A stretch of DNA of 64,000 nucleotides from Candidatus Anaeroferrophillacea bacterium. Lineage in GTDB: Bacteria; Desulfobacterota; Anaeroferrophillalia; Anaeroferrophillales; Anaeroferrophillaceae. The stretch's first letter is position 1; the number at the start of each line of letters is the position of its first letter. Shown in pieces: positions 25,904-35,360 of this stretch. The stretch spans positions 8,928-72,927 of the forward strand of contig JAFGAM010000100.1 of assembly GCA_016933675.1 (NCBI GenBank), in the 5' to 3' direction. The position numbers and the translations under genes are program-made. The notes under the pieces are model-generated. The model did not search any database and was not told where the DNA came from. It saw only the letters and a program-made list of their open reading frames with translations.

Positions 25904-28900
25904 ACCTTATTCGTTACTTCATCGAGAAACCGGTGACCGCCGCGGTGGCGGTCATCCTGGTGGTGATGTTCGGCATCATCGGACTGAAAAGGCTGCCGGT
26001 GCAGCTCACCCCCGACGTCCAGTTGCCGGAAATCACCGTGCGTACCACCTGGCCCGGCGCCACCCCCTACGAGATCGAGCAGGAGATCATCGAGGATCAG
26101 GAGGACGCCCTCAAGGGACTGGAAAACCTCGTTGAACTGGAGAGCAGTAGCTACAACGATTTCGGCGAGATCCGGCTCACCTTCAGGGTCGGTACCGACA
26201 TCGACGCCGCCCTGCTGCGTACCTCCAACAAGCTCGACGAGGTGCCGGACTACCCCGAAAACGTCGACCGGCCGATCATCGACGCCGCCGGTGCCAACAG
26301 CTCACCGGTAATCTGGCTGCTGATGCAGATGAAGGCGGGCGATCCGGAGCTGATCAACCATTACCGGACCTTCTTCGAGGACGAGGTGCGCCAGCACCTG
26401 GAACGGGTGCCCGGCGTCGGTTCCCTGTTTATCGGCGGCGGCACCGAACGGGAGTTGCACATCGAGATCGAACCCACCGCCCTGGCGCGCCGGCGGATCA
26501 GTATCATGCAGGTGGTGGACGCGGTGCAGAGTGCCAACCGCAACGTTTCCGCCGGGGTGCTGGGCATCGGCAAGAAGGACTACCGCGTCCGCACCGTGAG
26601 CCAGTACCAGACGCCGCAGGAGCCCCTGGAGACGGTGATTGCCGACAGCGGCTACGACCGCGTCCGGCTCGGTGAGGTGGCGACCTCGGGCATCGGCTAC
26701 GACCGCGAAACCGTGTCGGTGATGCTCAAGGGGGTGCCCTCCCTGGTGGTGGGGGTGCGCAAGGAGCAGGGGGCCAACGTTATCGAGCTCACCGAACGCG
26801 TCCGCGGCGTGGTGGATGATCTCAATGCCGGCCTGCTGGCGGACCACAACCTTCATTTCCACTGGGCCTACGACCAGACCCCCTACATCTTCACCGCCAT
26901 CGACATTGTCAAGGACAACGTCCTCATCGGCGGCCTGCTGGCCATCGCCGTGCTGCTTCTGTTTCTGCGCAGCGTCAGCTCCACCGCCATCACCGCGGTG
27001 GCGATCCCGGTGTCGGTGATCGGCACTTTCATTTCCCTGTGGGTGCTGAAACGCAATCTCAACGTCGTCAGCCTCGCCGGCATCTCCTTTGCCGTCGGGA
27101 TGCTGGTGGATAACGCCATCGTTGTACTGGAGAACATCGACCGTCATCGCAAACTGGGCAAGGACGCCTTCGCCGCCGCCTACGACGGCACCCGTGAGGT
27201 TGTCGGGGCGGTGCTGGCCTCTACCATCACAACCGTGGCGGTGTTCCTGCCGGTGATCTTCATCGCCCAGGAGGCCGGCCAGCTTTTCCGCGACATCGCC
27301 ATTGCCATCAGCTTTTCCATCCTCCTGAGTTTCTTCGTTTCGGTCTCGGTCATCCCCAGCCTGGCCTTCCAGCTCTACCGCCGGCGCGCGCCCGACGCCC
27401 GTACCGGCGGTCTCGTCGGCTGCTTCAACGCCGCCATCGGCCGGATCGGCGAGCGGCTTGCGGGCGGTATCATGGCGCTGGTGAACGTCGCGCTGCATAC
27501 CGCCTGGAGTCGAATAGGCACCGTTTTACTGCTGACCCTGGCCGGCGTCGCGGTGACCGCCTGGCTTATCCCCAAGGCGGAATACCTGCCCCAGGGCAAC
27601 CGCAACCTGCTGCTCAATATCCTCGTGCCGCCGCCGGGGCTGTCGGTGAAGAAGCGCAAGGAGATCGGCCACCAGATCTACGACCGGGTGCGGCCCTACG
27701 CCGAGGCCGACGGCGTCGACGGCCTGCCGCAGATCGACGACCTGTTCTATGTCGCCGCCCCGGAGGTCAACCTCTTCGGTGTCACCAGTACCCACGAAAC
27801 CGAGGCCCGGCGCCTGTTGCCGCTGATGAACCGGGTGATCAACGGTCTGCCGGACATCTTCGGCGTCAGTCTCCAGGTGGGGATCTTCGAGAGCGACATC
27901 GGCGAGGGCCGGAGCATCGACGTCAACCTTTCCGGGGCGCGGTTGGAGGATCTGGTGGGGGCCGGGCGGCTGTTGTTCAGTGCCATCCAGCTACAGATTC
28001 CCGGCAGCCAGGTACGGCCGGTACCGTCACTGGAGATCAGCTATCCGGAGGCGGTAATCCTTCCCGACAAGGAACGTCTCATCGCCCACGGCATGCGCGA
28101 GGACGAGCTGGGGATCTATGCCGACATCCTCATGGATGGCCGCCAGGCGGGCGAATACAAGCCCGACGGCCAGCGTCAGATCGATCTAGTCATCACCGGC
28201 AGCGACCGTCGTTTCACCTCCCCCGAGGCGATTCTCGCGGCGCCGCTGAGCAACGCCCGCGGCGACCTCCTGCGCCTCGGCGATGTTGCCCGGCTGGAAT
28301 ACCGCCAGGGCATGACCCAGGTGAACCACCTGGAGCGCCGGCGGACGGTGAAGCTCCAGGTGACGCCGCCCGAGGAGATGCCGCTGCAGGAGGCGATGGA
28401 GACCATTGCGACGGCGCTGGTGGCACCGCTACAGGAGCAGGGGAAGCTCGCGGGCGTGGCGGTGGCGCTGGGCGGCAATGCCGACAAGCTGGTGCAGACG
28501 CGGGACGCGCTGCAGTGGAACCTGCTCTTGGCGGTGGTCATCGTCTACCTGCTGATGGCGGCATTGTTCGAAAACTTCTTTTACCCACTGATCATCCTCT
28601 TTTCGGTGCCCCTGGCGGCGGCCGGCGGTTTCGTCGGGCTCAGGCTGGTGAACCTCTTCATTGCCCCCCAGGGCTTCGACGTGGTCACCATGCTGGGGTT
28701 CATTATCCTCGTCGGTACCGTGGTCAACAACGCCATTCTGATTGTTCACCAGACCCTCAACAATGTCCGCTACGAGGGGTTTGCCGGTATCGAGGCGGTG
28801 CGCGAGTCGGTAAAAACCCGCATCCGGCCGATCTTCATGAGCACCATCACGACCCTGTTCGGCATGCTGCCGCTGGTGGTCGCCACCGGTTCGGGGAGTG

Positions 28901-29034
28901 AACTCTACCGTGGCATCGGCAGCGTGCTGCTGGGCGGCCTGCTGGTGAGCACGGTGTTCACCCTCTTTATCATTCCCTCGCTGCTGGTCTTTTTCATCGG
29001 CCGGGAGCAGGCGCGGGAGGAACCGCAGGTATGA
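25900..29034 (+). CDS. RND efflux permease (AcrB/AcrD/AcrF family)
   Basis: 1044 aa with a 12-TM pattern and two large periplasmic loops. N-terminus LIRYFIEKPVTAAVAVILVVMFG. GTGA overlap with the MFP stop. Confidence 0.95.
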   Translation: MNLIRYFIEKPVTAAVAVILVVMFGIIGLKRLPVQLTPDVQLPEITVRTTWPGATPYEIEQEIIEDQEDALKGLENLVELESSSYNDFGEIRLTFRVGTDIDAALLRTSNKLDEVPDYPENVDRPIIDAAGANSSPVIWLLMQMKAGDPELINHYRTFFEDEVRQHLERVPGVGSLFIGGGTERELHIEIEPTALARRRISIMQVVDAVQSANRNVSAGVLGIGKKDYRVRTVSQYQTPQEPLETVIADSGYDRVRLGEVATSGIGYDRETVSVMLKGVPSLVVGVRKEQGANVIELTERVRGVVDDLNAGLLADHNLHFHWAYDQTPYIFTAIDIVKDNVLIGGLLAIAVLLLFLRSVSSTAITAVAIPVSVIGTFISLWVLKRNLNVVSLAGISFAVGMLVDNAIVVLENIDRHRKLGKDAFAAAYDGTREVVGAVLASTITTVAVFLPVIFIAQEAGQLFRDIAIAISFSILLSFFVSVSVIPSLAFQLYRRRAPDARTGGLVGCFNAAIGRIGERLAGGIMALVNVALHTAWSRIGTVLLLTLAGVAVTAWLIPKAEYLPQGNRNLLLNILVPPPGLSVKKRKEIGHQIYDRVRPYAEADGVDGLPQIDDLFYVAAPEVNLFGVTSTHETEARRLLPLMNRVINGLPDIFGVSLQVGIFESDIGEGRSIDVNLSGARLEDLVGAGRLLFSAIQLQIPGSQVRPVPSLEISYPEAVILPDKERLIAHGMREDELGIYADILMDGRQAGEYKPDGQRQIDLVITGSDRRFTSPEAILAAPLSNARGDLLRLGDVARLEYRQGMTQVNHLERRRTVKLQVTPPEEMPLQEAMETIATALVAPLQEQGKLAGVAVALGGNADKLVQTRDALQWNLLLAVVIVYLLMAALFENFFYPLIILFSVPLAAAGGFVGLRLVNLFIAPQGFDVVTMLGFIILVGTVVNNAILIVHQTLNNVRYEGFAGIEAVRESVKTRIRPIFMSTITTLFGMLPLVVATGSGSELYRGIGSVLLGGLLVSTVFTLFIIPSLLVFFIGREQAREEPQV

Positions 29035-29200
29035 CGGCTTGGTAACAACTCCATCTTCCGTACTGCGCCGGCCGGGCGCGTTCCACACCGACAGGCGCTG
29101 CGACATGACTCGTTCAACCTGGGGCTATGCCGGACTCAGCATGCCGGGACACGTCGTGAATCCGTAAGGGCGATGCCTGCATCGCCTTTACGGTGCCATT
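29031..29200 (-). repeat. interspersed structured repeat, copy 3 (minus orientation)
   Basis: The reverse complement starts AATGGCACCGTAAAGGCGATGCAGGCATCGCC and ends GCAGCGCCTGTCGG...GGAAGATGGAGTTGTTACCAAGCCGTCAT. Its terminal TCA provides the TGA stop of the RND gene. Confidence 0.7.
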
Positions 29201-29274
29201 CCTGGTGCGCCGGATTCTGGCGGGTGCTACGGTTTCATCCAGTGATCAGACAACAAGCATTTTACGAGGCCGAG

Positions 29275-30672
29275 ATGTGCAGGTGGTGTGGTTATTCCGT
29301 TCCGTGGCAGGGCGCCGCGGTCCGATTGGTGATCCCGGTTTCCGTCATGGTGTTGACCGCCGTGTTGTTCGGTGTGTTCGCCGTACCGCCGCTGGCGACC
29401 GGCTTCACCCTCGCCGAATTGCAGCGCGTGGCGCTGGAGAACCGCCGAGTGCTGGCGGAGCAGGGACACCAGATGCGCTACCACGAGGCCCGGGAGGCGG
29501 AGCAGCGCGGCACCTTCCATCCCCGGCTCGACCTGGTCTATCGCGGCAGCGATCGCTCGGCGGCGGACTACTATTACGCCGTCGCTCCGAGCCATTCCGT
29601 CGGTGCCGCCATCGACTGGAATCTCTACCGCGGCGGTGCCGATCGGGCTGAGCGCGCCGCCCGTGAGCGCGAGCTGGCCGCGGCCGGCATCGCGCGCCAC
29701 GGTACCGCCCAGGAACTGCAACTGGCGGTGGCCCTGGCGCTGGTGGATGTCTGGCAGCGGGACCAGGCGCTGATGGTGGCGGCACAGGATCTGGAACGCC
29801 GCGAGCGCGAATATGCCGATGCCCGAACCCGCTACCGGGTGGGGGTGATCCGCCGCGACGAACTGCTGGCCCTTGAAGTCGCCGCCCGCCAGGCGCGGCT
29901 GGCGCTCAATAGCGTCCGCGCCGCCCGTGAGCAGGCGCTGAACATCCTGGAACGGGAAACCGGCCTGACGCCGATCACCGTGGACGGGCTGGATTTCAGC
30001 GGCCTGGAACAGCCGGCGGCGCTGCCGGCGCCGGAGGAATGTTGCCGGCGGCTGGCGGAACACAGCAGCGTGCTGCGCCTGAGCGCTGCCGAGGACGCGG
30101 CGCTGAACCGGGCCCGGGCGGCGGCCGCTGAACGGCTGCCGCGAGCCGACCTCGGCCTCGGCTGGGAGCGCATCGAGGACAGTTGGCTGCCCGGCCGGGG
30201 CGACGAGGACGAGGAGGATCTCCAGGTGATGCTGGAGTTGCGCTGGAACCTGTACCAGGGCGGCCAGGTGAAGAACCGCGAACGCCAGCAGGAGGAGCAG
30301 GCCCGGGCCGCCGCCGCCCGTCGGGATGAAACCGTGGAGCACCTGCGGCTGTTGCTGGACAATCTGCTGCTTGACCGCGAGGTGGCGGCGGAGAATCTCG
30401 AGGTGGCGCGCCGCAACGTTGTCCAGGCGGCGGAGAGCCTGCGCATCGGCCGCCTGAGCTACGGCGAGGGGATCAGCACCGTGGCCGAACTCATGCAGCA
30501 GCTCACCCTCCACGCCGGAGCCGAATACGACGTGGTTCGCGCCCGCTGCGACCTGCGCCGGGCGGAGCTGCGGCTGCGCGGCCTGCTGGAGGATTTTCCG
30601 CCGCCGCCGGCGTTGCCGGATACCGCGCCGCCGGCCATGAAGCGGCGGCTGCCCGGGCGGGTGAAAGAATGA
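29275..30672 (+). CDS. TolC-family outer membrane efflux protein
   Basis: OEP repeats (LTLAELQRVALENRRVL..., RTRYRVGVIRRDELLALEVAARQARL...) and coiled-coil-rich sequence. Start uncertain (ATG 29275 chosen within ORF 29173-30672). Confidence 0.8.
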   Translation: MCRWCGYSVPWQGAAVRLVIPVSVMVLTAVLFGVFAVPPLATGFTLAELQRVALENRRVLAEQGHQMRYHEAREAEQRGTFHPRLDLVYRGSDRSAADYYYAVAPSHSVGAAIDWNLYRGGADRAERAARERELAAAGIARHGTAQELQLAVALALVDVWQRDQALMVAAQDLERREREYADARTRYRVGVIRRDELLALEVAARQARLALNSVRAAREQALNILERETGLTPITVDGLDFSGLEQPAALPAPEECCRRLAEHSSVLRLSAAEDAALNRARAAAAERLPRADLGLGWERIEDSWLPGRGDEDEEDLQVMLELRWNLYQGGQVKNRERQQEEQARAAAARRDETVEHLRLLLDNLLLDREVAAENLEVARRNVVQAAESLRIGRLSYGEGISTVAELMQQLTLHAGAEYDVVRARCDLRRAELRLRGLLEDFPPPPALPDTAPPAMKRRLPGRVKE

Positions 30673-30792
30673 ACACAAAACCTTTGGCGCGTCCAGAATC
30701 TGGAGTTGCTACGGTGCCATGCCGTTTCGGCGCGTTTTGGCGGTTGTCACGATTCCATCATTACCGCTGCTCTTGACAAGGTGACGACATGA

Positions 30793-30816
30793 TGTATATG
30801 TGTGGTGTATATGTTG
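30793..30816. promoter_or_regulatory. direct repeats TGTATATGT x2 overlapping the promoter-like region of vapBC
   Basis: TTGACA-16 nt-TATATG followed by tgtatatgtgtgg / tgtatatgttgtag, about 30 nt before the vapB ATG. Confidence 0.3.
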
Positions 30817-30843
30817 TAGTGTGGTTATGCCGGGAGGTGTTGG

Positions 30844-31074
30844 ATGATCCGCACACAGATTTACCTTACTGATGAGCAGCGTGAAGAACTTGCTGTCATT
30901 GCGGAACACAGGGGGAAAAAGCAGAGTGAAGTCATTCGTGAGGCAATTGACGGCCTCATCGATCGAGCCCGGCGGAAACGGAAAAAAACCGCGTTGAGAG
31001 ATGCTGCCGGAATCTGGAAGAACCGGGATGACCTTCCTGATTTCAGGACGATGCGATCTGAATGGGACAGGTAA
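30844..31074 (+). CDS. vapB: ribbon-helix-helix (CopG-type) VapB-like antitoxin
   Basis: MIRTQIYLTDEQREELAVIAEHRGKKQSEVIREAIDGLI, a typical RHH fold. Immediately precedes the PIN gene. Confidence 0.8.
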   Translation: MIRTQIYLTDEQREELAVIAEHRGKKQSEVIREAIDGLIDRARRKRKKTALRDAAGIWKNRDDLPDFRTMRSEWDR

Positions 31075-31079
31075 TTGAC

Positions 31080-31463
31080 ATGTCGAAACAGTTTCTGGTG
31101 GATACCGACGTGTTGATCGATTTTCTCCGTGGCAATGAAAGAGCCATAGCATTCATAGAAGAATATGCGCCGCATATTATGCTTTCCGCGATCGTGGTTG
31201 CGGAACTTTACGCCGGGGTGAAAGGGGCCAATGAATTGTCGGTCCTGGACAACTTTATCTCTTTTTTCCGTGTTGTCCCGATTGACAACGAACTTGCGAA
31301 AGCAGGCGGGTTGTACAAGCGTGATTTTGGTGAATCTCATGACGTCGGTCTGGCAGATGCAATTTTAGCGGCGACCGCCGTGCGGGAAGATGCCGAATTG
31401 AAAACTTTGCATGTCAGACATTATCCGATGGTCAAGGATCTGAAGCCGGCCTATATCAAATGA
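31080..31463 (+). CDS. vapC: PIN-domain VapC toxin
   Basis: FLVDTDVLIDFL (first acidic residue), SAIVVAELY and GLADAILAATA motifs. 127 aa. Confidence 0.85.
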   Translation: MSKQFLVDTDVLIDFLRGNERAIAFIEEYAPHIMLSAIVVAELYAGVKGANELSVLDNFISFFRVVPIDNELAKAGGLYKRDFGESHDVGLADAILAATAVREDAELKTLHVRHYPMVKDLKPAYIK

Positions 31464-31573
31464 TGGCGTCTTCATGAGACCACCACCTTCCTGCTTCTTG
31501 CCTGCCCGCGCATACTTTTTTCCCCCGAAACGTATCAACAGCGGCGGTTGAAATTCTTGAGCGGAGTGTTTCC

Positions 31574-33016
31574 ATGATTTGGATTTCCTTTCGGCGGCAG
31601 TGCCGCCGGCGATCCACGGTGGGCGGCGGTGTTGTCCCGCTGCTGGCGCTGTGTGTTTTGGTGCTGCTTTTCGCCGGTTGTGCCGCCGTTGGTCCCGAAT
31701 ACATCGCGCCGAATTCCGCGGTGCCTCCCGCCTGGCATACGGAAACTGGGTCGGGGACGAGCGGTGCCGCCGCCGACCCCCGGGAGCTGTCGGCGTGGTG
31801 GACCAACCTCGGCGACCCGGTGCTGGTCGATCTTGAGGCCCGGGCCGTTGCTGGCAACCTCGATCTGAAACAGGCCGTCGCCCGGATGCACGAGGCTCGT
31901 GCCCGCCTCGGCGTCAGCCGCGCGGCGCAGTTTCCCGCCGGCGATGCCGCCGGCTCAGTCAGTCGCAGCAAGGGCCGCGGCGAGGCGTCGAGCCGCGGGT
32001 TCTATGCCGCCGGGTTCGACGCCGGTTGGGAGCTGGACATTTTCGGCGGGGTCCGCCGCGCGGTGGAGGCGGCGGCGGCCGATCTCGCCGCCGGTGAGGA
32101 AAACGTCCGCGACGTGCTGGTATCCCTCACCGCCGAGGTAGCGCTGGATTACCTGGAACTCCGTACCCTCCAGCGGCGCCTGGCGGTGGCGACGGAAAAT
32201 ATCGCCGCCCGGGAGCAGACCTTTGAGCTCGTCCGGTTGCGCCGCGATACCGGCCTGGCCGACGAACTGGAACTGCAGCAGGCGCGCGCCGCCCTGGAGA
32301 ACGCCCGTGCCCTGATTCCATCCCTGCGCGCCGATCGTGAAGCGGCGAAAAACCGCCTGGCGGTACTGACCGGCGTGGTCCCCGGTACCCTGGGCGAACT
32401 GCTGGCCGAACCCCGGTCCGTGCCCCTGGCGTCCCCCCTGGTGGCGGTGGAGGTGCCGGCCGAAACCCTGCGTCGGCGGCCGGACATCCGCCGGGCCGAG
32501 CGTGAACTGGCCGGTGCCACCGCCCGCATCGGCGTCGCTACCGCCGATCTCTATCCCCGTTTCCGGCTGGCGGGTTCCATCGGGCTCGAATCCCTCCAGT
32601 CCGGCGATCTGTTCGACCGCGTCAGCCGTACTTGGAATATCGGGCCGTCGGTCTCGTGGAAGGTGTTCGACGCCGGTGCCATCCGCCGGAATATCGAGGT
32701 GCAGACCGCGATTCAGGAACGCTACCTGCTGGCTTGGGAGGCGGCGGTGCTGGGGGCTTACGAGGAGGTGGAGAGCGCCCTGAGTGCCTATGCCGAGGAA
32801 CAGGTGCGTCATGACCGCCTGTTCGATGCCGCGGCGGCGGCGCGGGAAGCGGAGGGGCTGGCGCGGGAGCGCTACGCCGCTGGCCTGGCGGATTTTCTCA
32901 CCGTGCTGGATGCCCAGCGCACCCGGCTGTCCTACGAGGATCAACTGGCCGCCGGTGACGGCGCCGTGACCGCGGAACTGGTACGGCTGTACAAGGCCCT
33001 GGGTGGCGGCTGGTGA
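31574..33016 (+). CDS. NodT-family efflux outer-membrane lipoprotein
   Basis: Lipobox LLFAGC. Family-typical WWTNLGDPVLVDLEARAVAGNLDLKQAVARMHEA and two OEP repeats. Confidence 0.9.
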   Translation: MIWISFRRQCRRRSTVGGGVVPLLALCVLVLLFAGCAAVGPEYIAPNSAVPPAWHTETGSGTSGAAADPRELSAWWTNLGDPVLVDLEARAVAGNLDLKQAVARMHEARARLGVSRAAQFPAGDAAGSVSRSKGRGEASSRGFYAAGFDAGWELDIFGGVRRAVEAAAADLAAGEENVRDVLVSLTAEVALDYLELRTLQRRLAVATENIAAREQTFELVRLRRDTGLADELELQQARAALENARALIPSLRADREAAKNRLAVLTGVVPGTLGELLAEPRSVPLASPLVAVEVPAETLRRRPDIRRAERELAGATARIGVATADLYPRFRLAGSIGLESLQSGDLFDRVSRTWNIGPSVSWKVFDAGAIRRNIEVQTAIQERYLLAWEAAVLGAYEEVESALSAYAEEQVRHDRLFDAAAAAREAEGLARERYAAGLADFLTVLDAQRTRLSYEDQLAAGDGAVTAELVRLYKALGGGW

Positions 33017-33312
33017 TGGCTTCGTTGCCCGGGCAGAGTAGTGATTGCTTCGTTTGGCGTCAGAAATTGGTATCGGTAGTCGGTATCGGACGGATGATGG
33101 AGGGGATTCGGACCCGGTAAGCTGGATGTGTACCGTGCCGTAAAAAGGATCTGCCCGATTGCATCGCGGCGTCGCTGGCGCGGCTCGGACAGCGCGGCGA
33201 TGGCGTTCTCGAGGACCGGGAGCCGGACCCGATTGGGACCGATACCGATTCCGACCCTGGAACCGATGAAAGGCATTTCCGACCCCGACATACCTACACA
33301 GCGTAACTGAAG

Positions 33313-34632
33313 GTGGGCATGATGGCTGAAACGGAAGGGCAACAACCCGGCGATGTCGAACTGCAGCGGTTGCTGGCGGTTGAAGCCGGCGGCGGCCGGC
33401 GGCGGAGGATCATCCGCCGGCTGGTGTTCACGGTGGTCGTTCTGGTCGCGGCGGGCCTGGCGGCGGTGTATTTCTTCGGTCGCAACGGCCGCGGCGCGGC
33501 GGTGGAATACCGCACCGCCGCCGCCGTGCGCGGCGATCTCACGGTTACCGTCACCGCTACCGGCAATCTCGAACCCACCAATCAGGTGGAGGTGGGCTCG
33601 GAGGTTTCGGGCACCATAGAAACCGTGATGGTGGACTACAACGACGCGGTTACCGCCGGGCAGGTGCTGGCGCGGCTGGATACCACCAAGCTCGAGGCCC
33701 AGGCGAACCAGTCCCGGGCGGCGGTGGCGTCGGCGCGGGCGGCGCTGCTGCAGGCCGAAGCCACCCTGGCGGAGACCGCCGCCGAACTCGCCCGGCTCGA
33801 ACGCGTCCGGGAGCTGAGCGACGGCCGCCTGCCGTCACGCCATGAGCTGGATGCCGCCCGGGCGGCAGAGCGCCGCGCCGAGGCTGATGTCGCCCGGGCT
33901 CGGGCGGGGATCGCCGAGGCTGAGGCGCGCCTCGGGGTGGACGAAACCAACCTCGAAAAGGCGACCATCTACTCTCCGGTTGATGGCGTCGTTCTCGTCC
34001 GCAGCGTCGATCCCGGCCAGACCGTGGCCGCCTCGCTGCAGGCGCCCGTCCTCTTCACCCTGGCCGAGGATCTGCGGCGCATGGAGCTGCAGGTGGACGT
34101 GGACGAGGCCGATGTCGGCCAGGTGCGGGAAGGGCAGGGGGCGACCTTTACCGTGGACGCCTGGCCCGAGCGCACCTTTCCGGCCCGTATCGTCCAGGTG
34201 CGCTACGGGTCGCAATCCAGCGAAGGGGTGGTGACCTACCCGACGGTACTCGATGTTGAGAATACCGATCTCACCCTGCGGCCGGGGATGACCGCCACCG
34301 CTGACATCGTCGTGCGGGAGCTTCATGACGCCCTGCTGGTGCCCAATGCCGCCCTGCGCTACGCGCCGCCGCCGGCCGCGAAAACGAACGGTACTGCCGG
34401 CGGCAGTCTCCTGAGCAAGCTCTTTCCCCGCCCGGCACGCACACGGCCGCAGCGCACCGGCAATGGCGGCGGCGTGCGGCAGGGCCGCCGGGTCTGGACC
34501 CTCAGGGACGGGAAGCCGGTAGGGGTGCCGGTGACTGTCGGGGCTACCGACGGGGTGTTGACCGAGATCATCGGTGGCGAGGTCGCCCTCGGAATGCCGC
34601 TGATCATCGAATCGGTGAGCCGGAAACCATGA
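33313..34632 (+). CDS. MacA-like periplasmic adaptor subunit (MFP)
   Basis: TM anchor, VTATGNLEPTNQVEVGSEVSGTI, long coiled coil, IYSPVDGVV, and C-terminal barrel. GTG at 33313, or ATG at 33319 or 33322, as start. Confidence 0.88.
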   Translation: MGMMAETEGQQPGDVELQRLLAVEAGGGRRRRIIRRLVFTVVVLVAAGLAAVYFFGRNGRGAAVEYRTAAAVRGDLTVTVTATGNLEPTNQVEVGSEVSGTIETVMVDYNDAVTAGQVLARLDTTKLEAQANQSRAAVASARAALLQAEATLAETAAELARLERVRELSDGRLPSRHELDAARAAERRAEADVARARAGIAEAEARLGVDETNLEKATIYSPVDGVVLVRSVDPGQTVAASLQAPVLFTLAEDLRRMELQVDVDEADVGQVREGQGATFTVDAWPERTFPARIVQVRYGSQSSEGVVTYPTVLDVENTDLTLRPGMTATADIVVRELHDALLVPNAALRYAPPPAAKTNGTAGGSLLSKLFPRPARTRPQRTGNGGGVRQGRRVWTLRDGKPVGVPVTVGATDGVLTEIIGGEVALGMPLIIESVSRKP

Positions 34633-35360
34633 ACGCCGCCGCTGCCGTTTCGCCGCCTGCTCCTCCGCCGCTGGTGGCGCTTGCCGCCATCACCAAGATC
34701 TACGGCACCGGCACCGCAGCGATGCGCGCCCTGCGCGGTATCGATCTGGCCATCGGCCGGGGGGAGTTCGTCGCCGTCATGGGTCCCAGCGGTTCGGGGA
34801 AATCCACCTGCATGAACATCCTCGGTTGTCTCGATACCCCCACCGCCGGCGGCTACCGCTTCCTCGGTGTCGACGTCGGCAGCCTGGACCGCAACCGCCG
34901 CGCCCTGCTGCGGCGCCACTATCTCGGCTTCGTCTTCCAGGGGTTCAACCTGCTCAACCGTACCTCGGCGCTGGAAAACGTCGAATTGCCGTTGATCTAC
35001 CGCGGTATGGGGCGTGCCGAACGGCATCGGCGAGCCGCCGCGGCCCTGGCTGCCGTCGGCCTCACCGGCTGGGAGCATCACACCCCCGGGGAACTGTCCG
35101 GCGGGCAGCAGCAGCGGGTGGCCATCGCCCGTGCCATTGTCACCGAGCCGGCGCTGCTGCTGGCCGACGAGCCTACCGGCAACCTCGATACCGCACGCAG
35201 CATCGAGATCATGGAACTGCTGACAACATTCAACCGCGACCGGGGTCTAACCATCATTATGGTGACCCACGAGGCCGACATGGCCCGTTACGCCCGTCGG
35301 GTGGTGCATTTCCGCGACGGTCTGGTGGATGCCGACGAGCGGCAGGGGGAGACGGACTGA
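34629..35360 (+). CDS. ABC transporter ATP-binding protein (MacB/LolD family)
   Basis: Walker A GPSGSGKST, signature LSGGQQQRVAIARA, Walker B LLLADEPTGNLD, and H-loop VTHE. Confidence 0.95.
   Translation: MNAAAAVSPPAPPPLVALAAITKIYGTGTAAMRALRGIDLAIGRGEFVAVMGPSGSGKSTCMNILGCLDTPTAGGYRFLGVDVGSLDRNRRALLRRHYLGFVFQGFNLLNRTSALENVELPLIYRGMGRAERHRRAAAALAAVGLTGWEHHTPGELSGGQQQRVAIARAIVTEPALLLADEPTGNLDTARSIEIMELLTTFNRDRGLTIIMVTHEADMARYARRVVHFRDGLVDADERQGETD

Noticed and set aside
34826-35359. N-terminal 178 aa of track ORF 34826-36565.
   Set aside because: It lies out of frame inside the ABC ATPase gene. The permease begins at ATG 35360 with a typical MacB/FtsX N-terminus.
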